64,000 nt of DNA from Bryobacteraceae bacterium (GTDB lineage: Bacteria; Acidobacteriota; Terriglobia; Bryobacterales; Bryobacteraceae): contig JBEKLB010000018.1 of NCBI GenBank assembly GCA_050010415.1, forward strand, positions 4,581 through 68,580, in the 5' to 3' direction. The position numbers and the translations under genes are program-made. Positions 1 to 8,172 of this stretch are shown here, one piece after another. Positions within the stretch are counted from its first letter, which is position 1. Each line of letters starts with the position of its first letter. Under the pieces are notes generated by a model that did not search any database, was not told the origin of the DNA, and saw only the letters and a list, made by a program, of their open reading frames with translations.

Positions 1-134
1 TGGCTTTTAGAGCTGTCGCTCGGGCCCGATTTATCGCTGTTCGATTTGTCGATGCTCGCGTTTTCCTGCGCCCATCCGCCAGCCGCGAACAGCGCCCCCG
101 CAACAATCAGCCGAGTCGCGAAGCGGAGCCGCAC
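1..134 (-). CDS. 5' fragment of an exported hypothetical protein (runs off the window edge)
   Basis: GTG at 134-132 opens VRLRFATRLIVAGALFAAGGWAQENASIDKSNSDKSGPSDSSKS... This has the basic n-region, hydrophobic core and A-x-A-like site of a Sec signal peptide. It is absent from the ORF track because it is truncated. Confidence 0.3.
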   Translation of the reverse strand, partial: MRLRFATRLIVAGALFAAGGWAQENASIDKSNSDKSGPSDSSKS

Positions 135-237
135 TCTTGCATGATAAACCAACCCGGTTGGGGCCAGACCGGGGCTGGTATTAAACTTCGTCAATGTATT
201 GAGCCGGTTGGACTTCGGGACTTAGGGAATCGGCTGC

Positions 238-1119
238 TCACAACACCAGAACAGGGTGATAAAGATTGGGCAGACGCACCTCCCCGATCGCGATCAAATC
301 GCCCTCCGGATTGATGGCCTTTACGTATTTCGATCCGGCTCTCTCCACGAACGGCGACAATCGGAAATCCTTGCCGTGCCGGATTTGGCCCACGGTGAGC
401 GCATCGACGGTTGCGTTCGGAATCTCGGGTAAAACCATCGCGGAGGGAATCAGTGCCTGGTCTAACGCACCTGCGCGCGCCAACTCCTCCAGCGCCTCTA
501 AGGTGCGCGCCTGGCTCTCGGTGAACTCACCGGAGGCAGTACGCCGCAACGACGCGAGGAAAGCCCCGCAGCCAAGCTCGCGCCCAACTTCGTGCGCGAT
601 GCCGCGAACATAGGTTCCCGCCGAACAGCGGACCGAAATGCGTGCGGTGGTTCCGTCGAATTCTTCCAGATCGAGCGCGAGCACCTGCACCTCCACCGGC
701 TCCAATTCCACGGCAATGTTTTTTCGCGCCAAACGATAGGCCGGCGTGCCCGCAATTTTTTTCGCTGAGAACGGAGGCGGCGTTTGCAGAATGGTTCCGC
801 GAAAGCGATCGAGCACCGCTTCCAAATCCGCGCGCGTGAAATGCGGAGCAACCGGTTCGGATATGGGCGCGCCCTCCCGATCATAGGTGTCGGTGGCCCA
901 TCCGAATTGCAGTCTCGCGTGGTAGGTCTTTTGGTTGGCGTTGAAGAATTGTGCCAGGCGCGTGGCGCGCCCGAGCACCAACGGAAGAACTCCGGTGGCC
1001 ATCGGATCTAACGTGCCCAGGTGTCCCACCTTGCGCGTCTTCGCCAGACGCCGCATGCGATTCACAACATCATGCGACGTAAGACCTTCCGGCTTGTCGA
1101 CTACGATTACGCCATCCAC
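238..1119 (-). CDS. truB: tRNA pseudouridine-55 synthase TruB
   Basis: 293-aa ORF. The GVIVVDKPEGLTSHDVV start and the catalytic-Asp motif GHLGTLDPMATGVLPL are TruB hallmarks. Confidence 0.93.
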   Translation of the reverse strand: MDGVIVVDKPEGLTSHDVVNRMRRLAKTRKVGHLGTLDPMATGVLPLVLGRATRLAQFFNANQKTYHARLQFGWATDTYDREGAPISEPVAPHFTRADLEAVLDRFRGTILQTPPPFSAKKIAGTPAYRLARKNIAVELEPVEVQVLALDLEEFDGTTARISVRCSAGTYVRGIAHEVGRELGCGAFLASLRRTASGEFTESQARTLEALEELARAGALDQALIPSAMVLPEIPNATVDALTVGQIRHGKDFRLSPFVERAGSKYVKAINPEGDLIAIGEVRLPNLYHPVLVL

Positions 1120-1252
1120 AGGTCCACTGTAACAATGTGCGGAAGGAAACCAAGCGGGACCGCGACACGTCGATTTGACTTAGGCAGCCTGATCCGCGAG
1201 AGCAGTTCAGTTGCCGGCCGGTAGGCATCTTCCTCCGAGTGCTTACCGGCTT

Positions 1253-1795
1253 TTATTTCCCGAGGGAACGCTCGACCGCGCGAGGGATGCTGCCTGGCAG
1301 TTGATAGCGGGCGAAATCTTCGGCGCCGCACCACGCTACCTGCGGCGCCTCATCGGTCAGAGTAAATTCCTCCGACTCAGCGCTAAAAACAAAAATCAAA
1401 TCGTGATGCAGATGAAACGGTTCGCCTTTGCGCGCGGGAATTCCGTGCACGTCCATGCCGACCAGCCGCGGCGCTCCAGCGTCTGGGATCCGCACAGCGG
1501 TCTCTTCGATGGCTTCGCGGCGCGCGGTGTCACTCATTGTCACATCGCTCTCCTCGACATGGCCGCCAGGGAGCAGCCAGCGCTTATGCCGGTGATGATG
1601 CATCAGCAGATACTGCCGGCCGCCAGGATGCAGCACGACGGCCGTGCAGGTGATGTGGCCGGGATGAAACTGATCGCGAGAAAACGGCTTCGAGGTGAAT
1701 TCGAGCAGCGCGAGAGTCAGTTCACGGCTCTTTTCTTCCTCGGGCGCTGCATCGAACGCACGCACCAGCGCGAGCGCTTCAGTGGTGTTACGCAT
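1253..1795 (-). CDS. Nudix-family hydrolase
   Basis: 180-aa ORF with a near-canonical Nudix box GGHVEESDVTMSDTARREAIEETAV. It begins 13 nt after the response-regulator stop. Confidence 0.85.
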   Translation of the reverse strand: MRNTTEALALVRAFDAAPEEEKSRELTLALLEFTSKPFSRDQFHPGHITCTAVVLHPGGRQYLLMHHHRHKRWLLPGGHVEESDVTMSDTARREAIEETAVRIPDAGAPRLVGMDVHGIPARKGEPFHLHHDLIFVFSAESEEFTLTDEAPQVAWCGAEDFARYQLPGSIPRAVERSLGK

Positions 1796-1808
1796 CAGGA
1801 AGCCCTCA

Positions 1809-2489
1809 TCAAAAGTCGATCGCCGAGAGCACTTCGGAAGGCCGCTTGTCGAAGGCGCGGCAGATGGCGAGCAGACTTTCGATGCTCGGCAGATTGGCGC
1901 CCCGTTCGATGGAACTGATCTGGGAGATGCTGAGCTTGGTGGCCGCGGCCAAATCTTTCAGCGACCAGTCCCGCTCCACGCGCAGCATCTTGATCTGGTG
2001 ACCCAGACGTTCGCGCAAACGATCCTGCGCGGTGCGTCCGAACCCGTATTTGTCGATCGCGTTGAGCAGCGTTTGCCGGAGATGCGCGAGGGAAAAAGGC
2101 TTCGAAATATAATCGAACACCTTCAGCTTGAAAGTGGCGCGCATATCTTCGAGCGACGGATAACCGGTGACGATGATGACGCACAGCAAGGGGTAGGCGG
2201 CAAGCAGTTGTTCCAGCACTTTGTCGCCTTTGAACTCACCCATCTTCATGTCGAGCAGCACGATGTCGGGCAGCCGCTGCTCACAGGCGGCGAACAAGTC
2301 ATCGGGATGACCGAAAGCGCGGATGGAATACAATCCATCGTCCTTGAGCGCGTCTTCGAGGTAATTGCAGAAATCGGGATCGTCGTCCAGGATCGCGAGA
2401 TCCACCAGGCCATTGATGTTGCCCAACTTGAGTTGGGATGGATCGGGCGCGGGATCGGATGCGCGCTCGGATATGGGCTTGATTGCCAA
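1809..2489 (-). CDS. Response regulator: receiver domain + C-terminal XRE/Cro-type HTH
   Basis: CheY-like receiver (ILDDDPDF, acceptor-Asp context DIVLLDMKM, VIIVTGY, ISKPF) followed by WSLKDLAAATKLSISQISSIERGANLPSIESLLAICRAF, a typical HTH_XRE segment. Confidence 0.85.
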   Translation of the reverse strand: MAIKPISERASDPAPDPSQLKLGNINGLVDLAILDDDPDFCNYLEDALKDDGLYSIRAFGHPDDLFAACEQRLPDIVLLDMKMGEFKGDKVLEQLLAAYPLLCVIIVTGYPSLEDMRATFKLKVFDYISKPFSLAHLRQTLLNAIDKYGFGRTAQDRLRERLGHQIKMLRVERDWSLKDLAAATKLSISQISSIERGANLPSIESLLAICRAFDKRPSEVLSAIDF

Positions 2490-2490
2490 T

Positions 2491-3678
2491 TTAATTCGCT
2501 CCCACCGAACGCTTCACGCACGGAGCGGGCAGTGTCACTTCGAGACAAGCGCCGCCCTCCGCCCGGTTCGACGCCGTGATGGTTCCCCCGTGCTGATGAA
2601 TAATGCCTTCCGCCACCGTGAGCCCCAGCCCGGTGCCCTTGGCGTCCAGCCGCGAGGAGACGAACGCTTCAAAAATGTCGGGCAGGACGTCGGCCGCGAT
2701 GCCCGGGCCGTTGTCTTCCACGGTGACCGAGATCCAAGGCTGCGCATTGCGATTCAGGCGTTTGGAATGAACCGCGATTTCACCCCCGATCTCACCTGCT
2801 GCCGGGACGGCATAGAGCGCGTTGCGCAGCAGATTGACGAACACCTGCACCAGGCGATCCGAGTTGCCGGTGACCACATCTCCCGCGTCCACGTGATTGG
2901 CGAAGCGCGACGCGGCGGCCTTTTTGTCGATGGCCACCAGCGCCCAAGCTTCGTCGATCAAATGGCGCAGCGGAACCGGCTCCATGTGTTGTTTGCGGAC
3001 GCGCGAGAAATCCACCAGGCTTTCGCTGATGCGGCGGATGCGCTGGGTCACGCGCAGCATGCGTGCCAGGCGCTCGAGCGTGGCGGAATCGTCGGTAGTC
3101 TCGGTGAGCTTTTCAATGGAACCTTGCAGCACAGTGAGCGGCGTGTTGAGCTCATGCGCGACGCTGGCGCTCAGCAGACCCAGGCTGACCAGACGGTCCT
3201 GCGCTTCCAGTTTGCGGAGCGCTTCCTCCAGATCTTCTTCCCGCTTGCGCAATTCGATGACTGTGGCGTTGCGCGATCGCATGATGTGGCCGATTTCGTC
3301 GGCCGGGATGAAGGCTTCGTTGATCAGCTCGCGATCGCGGTCGCCATGTTGCGTGGCTTGATCGGCTTCGAGCATCAGTTGCAAGGGGCGATAGACGTAC
3401 AGCGGCATGATGGTGGTTTCGAGCACCAGCACGGCCAGGATGTAGATGGCGCCGAGCACAATGAACAAGTTGGTCTTGGCGTGGTCTGGAAGGTAAGGAT
3501 ACAGCGCGAAATAGACGCCAAGGGCGAGGATCAGGAAGAAGACGTTGTGCAGCACCATCAGCTTGAGGCGCACTTTGAGATCGCCGAAAAGCCGGGTGAC
3601 ACGCTTGGGAGAACGCAATCGCCTGGGCGAGTGCGACTGCACGGGCGCCGGAACGCTGAGGGATTGTGAGTGGGTCAC
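2491..3678 (-). CDS. Sensor histidine kinase (HisKA + HATPase_c), two N-terminal TM segments
   Basis: H-box HELNTPLTVLQG, G1 box DNGPGI, G2 box GTGLGLTVAEGI. The stop lies 1 nt before the regulator start. The start is uncertain: GTG 3678 is preferred because ATG 3750 and the ORF start at 3837 run into or past the divergent zwf start. ATG 3558 is also possible. Confidence 0.85.
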   Translation of the reverse strand: MTHSQSLSVPAPVQSHSPRRLRSPKRVTRLFGDLKVRLKLMVLHNVFFLILALGVYFALYPYLPDHAKTNLFIVLGAIYILAVLVLETTIMPLYVYRPLQLMLEADQATQHGDRDRELINEAFIPADEIGHIMRSRNATVIELRKREEDLEEALRKLEAQDRLVSLGLLSASVAHELNTPLTVLQGSIEKLTETTDDSATLERLARMLRVTQRIRRISESLVDFSRVRKQHMEPVPLRHLIDEAWALVAIDKKAAASRFANHVDAGDVVTGNSDRLVQVFVNLLRNALYAVPAAGEIGGEIAVHSKRLNRNAQPWISVTVEDNGPGIAADVLPDIFEAFVSSRLDAKGTGLGLTVAEGIIHQHGGTITASNRAEGGACLEVTLPAPCVKRSVGAN

Positions 3679-3753
3679 GAGTGTACCTGTTCTATACGAT
3701 TCTACGCTGGCTGCTTGGGGACCGGGACTGGGGTTGGGTGAGCGTCCCATAAA

Positions 3754-5139
3754 ATGGAGCTGATGAATACAATGAGCGCGATCTCGTCCGATGCACTGGT
3801 GTTCTTCGGAGCAACCGGGGACCTGGCCTATCAACAAATTTTCCCTGCGTTACAGCGGCTAGCCAAGCGCGGGGAATTGAACATGCCGGTGATCGGAGTA
3901 GCGAAATCTGGCTGGACGCTGGATGATCTCAAGAAGCGCGCGCGCGCGAGCGTGGAGCACGGCGGCGGGTTGGACTCGGACGCCTTCGCCAAACTGACCG
4001 GCGCGCTCAAGTACATTGACGGCGATTACACCGACCCGGCGACCTTTCTCCAGCTGCGCGAGTTGCTCGGCGCGGCCAAGCACCCGCTGCATTACCTAGC
4101 GATCCCTCCCGTGCTTTTTGGCGAGGTGGTGAAGCAATTGAAGTCCGCGGGCTGCTCGGACGGCGCGCGTGTGGTGGTGGAGAAGCCCTTCGGACGAGAT
4201 CTGGATTCCGCCCGGATGCTGAACGCGACGCTCCACACCGCATTCCAGGACGAGGATATTTTCCGCATCGATCATTTTCTGGGAAAGAACGCGGTGCAGG
4301 ATATACTGTTCTTTCGCTTTGCGAATGCATTTGTCGAGCCGATCTGGAACCGGCAGTACGTGGAGAGCGTTCAGATTACGATGTCGGAGAACTTTGGCGT
4401 GGCCGGCAGAGGAGCCTTTTACGAGCAGGCGGGCGCCATGCGGGACGTAGTGGAGAACCACTTGTTCCAGCTGCTTTCGAATGTTGCGATGGAGCCGCCG
4501 GTGAGCATGGAGACTCGGAATCTGGGCGACGAGAAAGTGAAAGTGCTGCGCGCTATAAAAACCCTGGAGCCGGGCGACGTGGTTCGCGGCCAGTTCAAGG
4601 GCTACCGCGATGAAAAAGGCGTCAAGCCGGATTCGACGGTCGAAACCTTTGTGGCTTTGCGCCTCTACATCGATTCGTGGCGCTGGAAAGGCGTTCCGTT
4701 TTACATCCGGGCGGGGAAATCGCTGCCGGTGACTGCCACCGAGGTGACAGCCGTGCTGCGCCAGCCTCCGACTATGTTTCCGCAAGTAACCGCAGGTCAA
4801 AACTATTTGCGATTCCGTGTCTCGCCCGACCTGGCGATCGGCATAGGAGCGCTGGTGAAGAAGCCGGGCGATGCGATGACAGGCGATGCGGTGGAGCTTC
4901 TTGCGACCGAAAATTCCGGTCCCACCGAACTGCTTCCCTACGAGGAATTGCTGGATAACGCCATGCACGGCGACCAGATCCGATTCGCCCGAGAGGATTA
5001 CGTGGAAGAAGCCTGGCGGATTGTGCAGCCGGTCTTGGACAACGAGGTTTCGCTTCGTTTCTACGATCCAGGTACGTGGGGACCGGCGGAGGCGGACGCG
5101 CTCACTTCGGCCGCCGGCGGGTGGCGGAATCCTGCTTGA
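3754..5139 (+). CDS. zwf: Glucose-6-phosphate 1-dehydrogenase
   Basis: 461-aa ORF with the NADP-binding FFGATGDLA motif and the catalytic RIDHFLGK motif. Confidence 0.93.
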   Translation: MELMNTMSAISSDALVFFGATGDLAYQQIFPALQRLAKRGELNMPVIGVAKSGWTLDDLKKRARASVEHGGGLDSDAFAKLTGALKYIDGDYTDPATFLQLRELLGAAKHPLHYLAIPPVLFGEVVKQLKSAGCSDGARVVVEKPFGRDLDSARMLNATLHTAFQDEDIFRIDHFLGKNAVQDILFFRFANAFVEPIWNRQYVESVQITMSENFGVAGRGAFYEQAGAMRDVVENHLFQLLSNVAMEPPVSMETRNLGDEKVKVLRAIKTLEPGDVVRGQFKGYRDEKGVKPDSTVETFVALRLYIDSWRWKGVPFYIRAGKSLPVTATEVTAVLRQPPTMFPQVTAGQNYLRFRVSPDLAIGIGALVKKPGDAMTGDAVELLATENSGPTELLPYEELLDNAMHGDQIRFAREDYVEEAWRIVQPVLDNEVSLRFYDPGTWGPAEADALTSAAGGWRNPA

Positions 5140-5812
5140 CGCCCCACATCCGAAAACCACCCAGGAAGGCGTTATTGTTGCTTCCCAGAGTGGTTTTGTC
5201 CGGCAGTTCTTTCAGCTTCTTCACATTTCCGCCGCCCAGGACGACGTAATCCGCCGCGAGCGCCGCTCGCAGCTCAGTGACAACTTTGATCACCTTGCGT
5301 TCCCATTTCTTTCGGCCCAAGCGCTGCAGACCGCGGAGCCCAAGATAATCTTCGTAAGTTTTGCCGCTCTGGTAGGGCAAATGCGCCAGTTCCATAGGCT
5401 GGAGCACGCCATCCACGATCATCGCGGAGCCCAGGCCGGTACCCAAGCCGAGGAATAGCATTCTGCCGCCTTCGTAACTTCCCAGGGCCTGCATGGCCGC
5501 GTCGTTGACGATCTTGACGGGCCGGCCGAAGGCCTGGCGAAAGTTGAACCCCACCCAGCCTGCGCCGAGATTAAAGGGTTCACGCAGCGGCCGGCTGTGC
5601 ACCACCGGGCCTGGATAACCGATGGAAACCGCCTCGTACGGACGATCTTTGAGCGCGGCCTTCACTTCCCTCAGCATGTCGTTCACGGTGAACGAAGCAC
5701 CCGAGACGATCTTGATCGGCAGCTTCATGCCGGTGGCCAGCACCTTGACGTGCGTGCCGCCGACGTCGATAACCAGGATTTTGGATGGCGTGATTTTAGA
5801 TGGCGTAGACAC
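5102..5812 (-). CDS. ROK-family glucokinase (short polyphosphate/ATP-glucokinase type)
   Basis: [31 protein letters not shown] and [12 protein letters not shown] match short ROK glucokinases. GTG 5812 is preferred over ATG 5965, because the extra 51 codons translate the G-tract and terminator region. The 3' end overlaps the zwf 3' end by 38 nt (convergent). Confidence 0.8.
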   Translation of the reverse strand: MSTPSKITPSKILVIDVGGTHVKVLATGMKLPIKIVSGASFTVNDMLREVKAALKDRPYEAVSIGYPGPVVHSRPLREPFNLGAGWVGFNFRQAFGRPVKIVNDAAMQALGSYEGGRMLFLGLGTGLGSAMIVDGVLQPMELAHLPYQSGKTYEDYLGLRGLQRLGRKKWERKVIKVVTELRAALAADYVVLGGGNVKKLKELPDKTTLGSNNNAFLGGFRMWGVKQDSATRRRPK

Positions 5813-5830
5813 AATTGAACGATAGCAACT

Positions 5831-5855
5831 GGGGTTGGGGATTAGGGATTGGGGG
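5831..5855 (+). repeat. G-tract run GGGGTTGGGGATTAGGGATTGGGGG (G-quadruplex-type motif)
   Basis: Read directly: four G3-5 tracts with loops TT, ATTA and ATT, and it contains TTAGGG. It starts 19 nt upstream of the preferred glucokinase start, on the template strand of that gene. Confidence 0.6.
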
Positions 5856-5860
5856 TTGGC

Positions 5861-5890
5861 AAAAGGGCCGAGGTTTGAAACGCCCGGCCC
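5861..5890 (-). terminator. Putative intrinsic terminator after the large exported protein gene
   Basis: On the minus strand: GGGCCG, a 14-nt loop, CGGCCC, then TTTTG, starting 20 nt past the stop at 5910. Confidence 0.4.
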
Positions 5891-5909
5891 ACTCACCCCT
5901 GGCGAAATC

Positions 5910-7976
5910 CTAGTTGTAAGGAATCTCCTCCGCGCCGTTTTCAACTTCGGCGACGGCATACCCAAAATTGAGATTGGTAGCCGTGAAGGATACGGGGTTG
6001 GAAATATTCACCACGAGCAGGGAGCCGGTACCTGCCGGAAGCGACTCAGTCACCCAGGATGGCACGGTGAATTGCAAGTCTTGCTGCTTAGCCAGGCATA
6101 AGAAATCCGCGCCGATCGAGCTGCCCTCGGAGTCCCCGCTGATTTCGACGTAGGTTCCCGACTGGCCACCTTCCCAGGTCACATGTATGCCGGCGGAGCG
6201 CGTGACGGAGGTGGTACTGGCCATGTTGGTCCAGCTAAACAGAGGAGCGCCCAAGTCAACCGTAGCGCTGAAGGAGCCGACGCTCGGGCTGGTGGTGCCG
6301 CCGCTCCCATTGAAAACGAAGGACCCGCCCGACGAAGGGATAAAGCCGGCCTTGAGCTGGGCGTCGTACAATCCTATTTCGCCCAGCAGCGACAATGAGG
6401 TTAGGGTGGCGCTGCCGTCCGGTCCGCTCACCGTGATAGTGCCCGCGTCGAGCGCGGTCTCTTTGAACGGCGTAGTGGGCGTGGTGGTGGATAAAACTTC
6501 CTGATAAACGACGCAGCTCCCGATGGATGCCTGCTGATAGCTGGCATAATTTCCGAATTCAGAGCCCTGGATGCTATAGAAGATGCCGAGCGCATCGTCA
6601 GCGCTGCTGGTGGTAGCCCTGAGATGAACCGGCGCCGTGAAAGGCTTGCTCACGGTGCGGACGCTGGTTGAGTGACTGGTTGAGGGGCGGGCAAGTGCCG
6701 ACCCGTACGACGTGGTGGTTTCCGCGAGGATCGCCACGAATCCAATATTCACCGTGGCGTCACCGCTCAGAGAGGTCACGTTATATGGGCTGTTGGGATC
6801 GGAGCAGGCACCGCCATTCGGGTTCACTGCGACTGTGCCGAAGTTGCTGGCGGTGGAGCTGCTCCCGCTCACCAGCACGATTGAGACATTACAACCGGGC
6901 GTGACGCTTTCTGGAATGGTCACCACCACCTGGTCCACGCCGGGATATTGCGAACGGCCGCGATAATCGATATTCGCCGAGATTCCGCCGATATAAGCCG
7001 TCATCGGAATGCTGGTGAGATTGTCCAGATTGGCCGCTGGGTAAGTCTTGTCGTCGTTCTTGGTGTCCGCGCCCACGCCCGAGCCCCAGAGAATAACGGT
7101 TTGGCCGGGAGACGCCGAGAACGTGGGTCCGATCACCTTGTAATTGGCGTCGGTAACCACGGCCTCGCCGGTGCCGCCTCCGAAGATGGTATCCAGTCCG
7201 AACGCGCTCTGAACGATCTGGGTTTGGAACGAATTGCTGGCTTGAGTGCCGTTAGTCACCGTGAAGGTTGCCTGACCGGTGGGAGCAGTAGAAGGAAGAA
7301 CCCCGGCAATCTGGGTGGCCGTGACGTAATAGAGGCCCGGCTGGTCCGGGATGGGGGTGCCGTTCACACTGACGGAGACGCTCACTCCATTCAGGCTGGT
7401 GGCCAGAGGAAACTTTTCAGAGAGATTGCTGGTGGTGGCCATGGCCGTGCCATAAATCACAAACAAGCTGCCTGGGGCGATGCCGTAGTTGGGCAGGCCG
7501 GCGACCAGGTTGCTGTAGTTATTCTGCACCGCCGTGATGTTGGGGCCGCCCGAGGTGCTGCTGGATCCGCCAAAGGTGTCAAATTCCAGAGTGATCAAAG
7601 TGCCGCTGATCGACTGCACATAGCTCTTCGCGTAGTTGCCGCCATTCGTCTTGGCAATGATGACGTCGCCCACTGCGGGTGTTATCGTGTTGCTGGAAAG
7701 CAACGCCGCGAAATCAGACGATATCAAGCTCTTGGTGAGGCTGTTATAGAGAGCAACGGTGCCAGGCAGGTCATATACGGTCGCCGATCCCACCACGCTG
7801 AAGCTGGTTCCACTCCATGTTATGTCCCCACTGCCGGATGTACTGACCGCACCGGTGTCGAGACTCAGCGTGGAACCCGCCGGTATGGTGGGGGTTCCGG
7901 TGACGTCGGCCAGAGCTACCACTGGAAATGCCAGAGCTAACACAGCTAAGGCGTGACATGAAAACAGCTTGGACAT
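5910..7976 (-). CDS. Large exported Ser/Thr/Gly-rich protein with Ig-like (TIGR03437-like) modules; adhesin-like
   Basis: Signal peptide MSKLFSCHALAVLALAFPVVALA from ATG 7976 (the ORF extends to 8027). Two modules fit the pattern seen in Solibacter-type C-terminal domains: PGSLFVIYGT...VSVNGTPIP...IAGVLP and SPGQTVILWGSGVG...AYIGGISANIDYRGRSQYPGVDQVVVTIP. Confidence 0.65.
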   Translation of the reverse strand: MSKLFSCHALAVLALAFPVVALADVTGTPTIPAGSTLSLDTGAVSTSGSGDITWSGTSFSVVGSATVYDLPGTVALYNSLTKSLISSDFAALLSSNTITPAVGDVIIAKTNGGNYAKSYVQSISGTLITLEFDTFGGSSSTSGGPNITAVQNNYSNLVAGLPNYGIAPGSLFVIYGTAMATTSNLSEKFPLATSLNGVSVSVSVNGTPIPDQPGLYYVTATQIAGVLPSTAPTGQATFTVTNGTQASNSFQTQIVQSAFGLDTIFGGGTGEAVVTDANYKVIGPTFSASPGQTVILWGSGVGADTKNDDKTYPAANLDNLTSIPMTAYIGGISANIDYRGRSQYPGVDQVVVTIPESVTPGCNVSIVLVSGSSSTASNFGTVAVNPNGGACSDPNSPYNVTSLSGDATVNIGFVAILAETTTSYGSALARPSTSHSTSVRTVSKPFTAPVHLRATTSSADDALGIFYSIQGSEFGNYASYQQASIGSCVVYQEVLSTTTPTTPFKETALDAGTITVSGPDGSATLTSLSLLGEIGLYDAQLKAGFIPSSGGSFVFNGSGGTTSPSVGSFSATVDLGAPLFSWTNMASTTSVTRSAGIHVTWEGGQSGTYVEISGDSEGSSIGADFLCLAKQQDLQFTVPSWVTESLPAGTGSLLVVNISNPVSFTATNLNFGYAVAEVENGAEEIPYN

Positions 7977-8100
7977 ACTTCCTCCTCTTCGATTGGCACA
8001 GCAAAGGCTGCGGTACGGCAAAAGCATGATTTTTGAAATCCCCTATTCGATGTTAAGTGACGCCACGGGGCCAAACGTATCAGGCCACGCTTCAGAATTG

Positions 8101-8120
8101 GCCTCAGTATACACTGAGGC
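8101..8120. other. Perfect 8-bp stem / 4-nt loop hairpin GCCTCAGT-ATAC-ACTGAGGC
   Basis: Read directly. It lies between the ABC exporter stop (8173) and the adhesin-like gene start (7976). There is no adjacent T-run. Confidence 0.5.
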
Positions 8121-8172
8121 AGCATGCATTTGGAAGGGTTTCCAGTACCAGAAGCTCAGGTGAATACCTGAT

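Noticed and set aside
2365-3669. 434-aa ORF antisense to the histidine kinase
   Set aside because: It has no motifs and is Arg/Gly/Asp-rich. The opposite strand carries complete H, G1 and G2 boxes.
4096-5160. 354-aa ORF antisense to zwf
   Set aside because: It is a shadow ORF. zwf on the plus strand has the diagnostic motifs.
5813-5965. N-terminal 51-codon extension of the glucokinase ORF
   Set aside because: It translates the G-tract and the terminator hairpin. ROK homology begins right after the GTG at 5812.
6948-7940. 330-aa ORF antisense to the large exported protein gene
   Set aside because: Its Arg/Gly-rich translation has no start context or motifs. The minus strand has a signal peptide and repeat modules.
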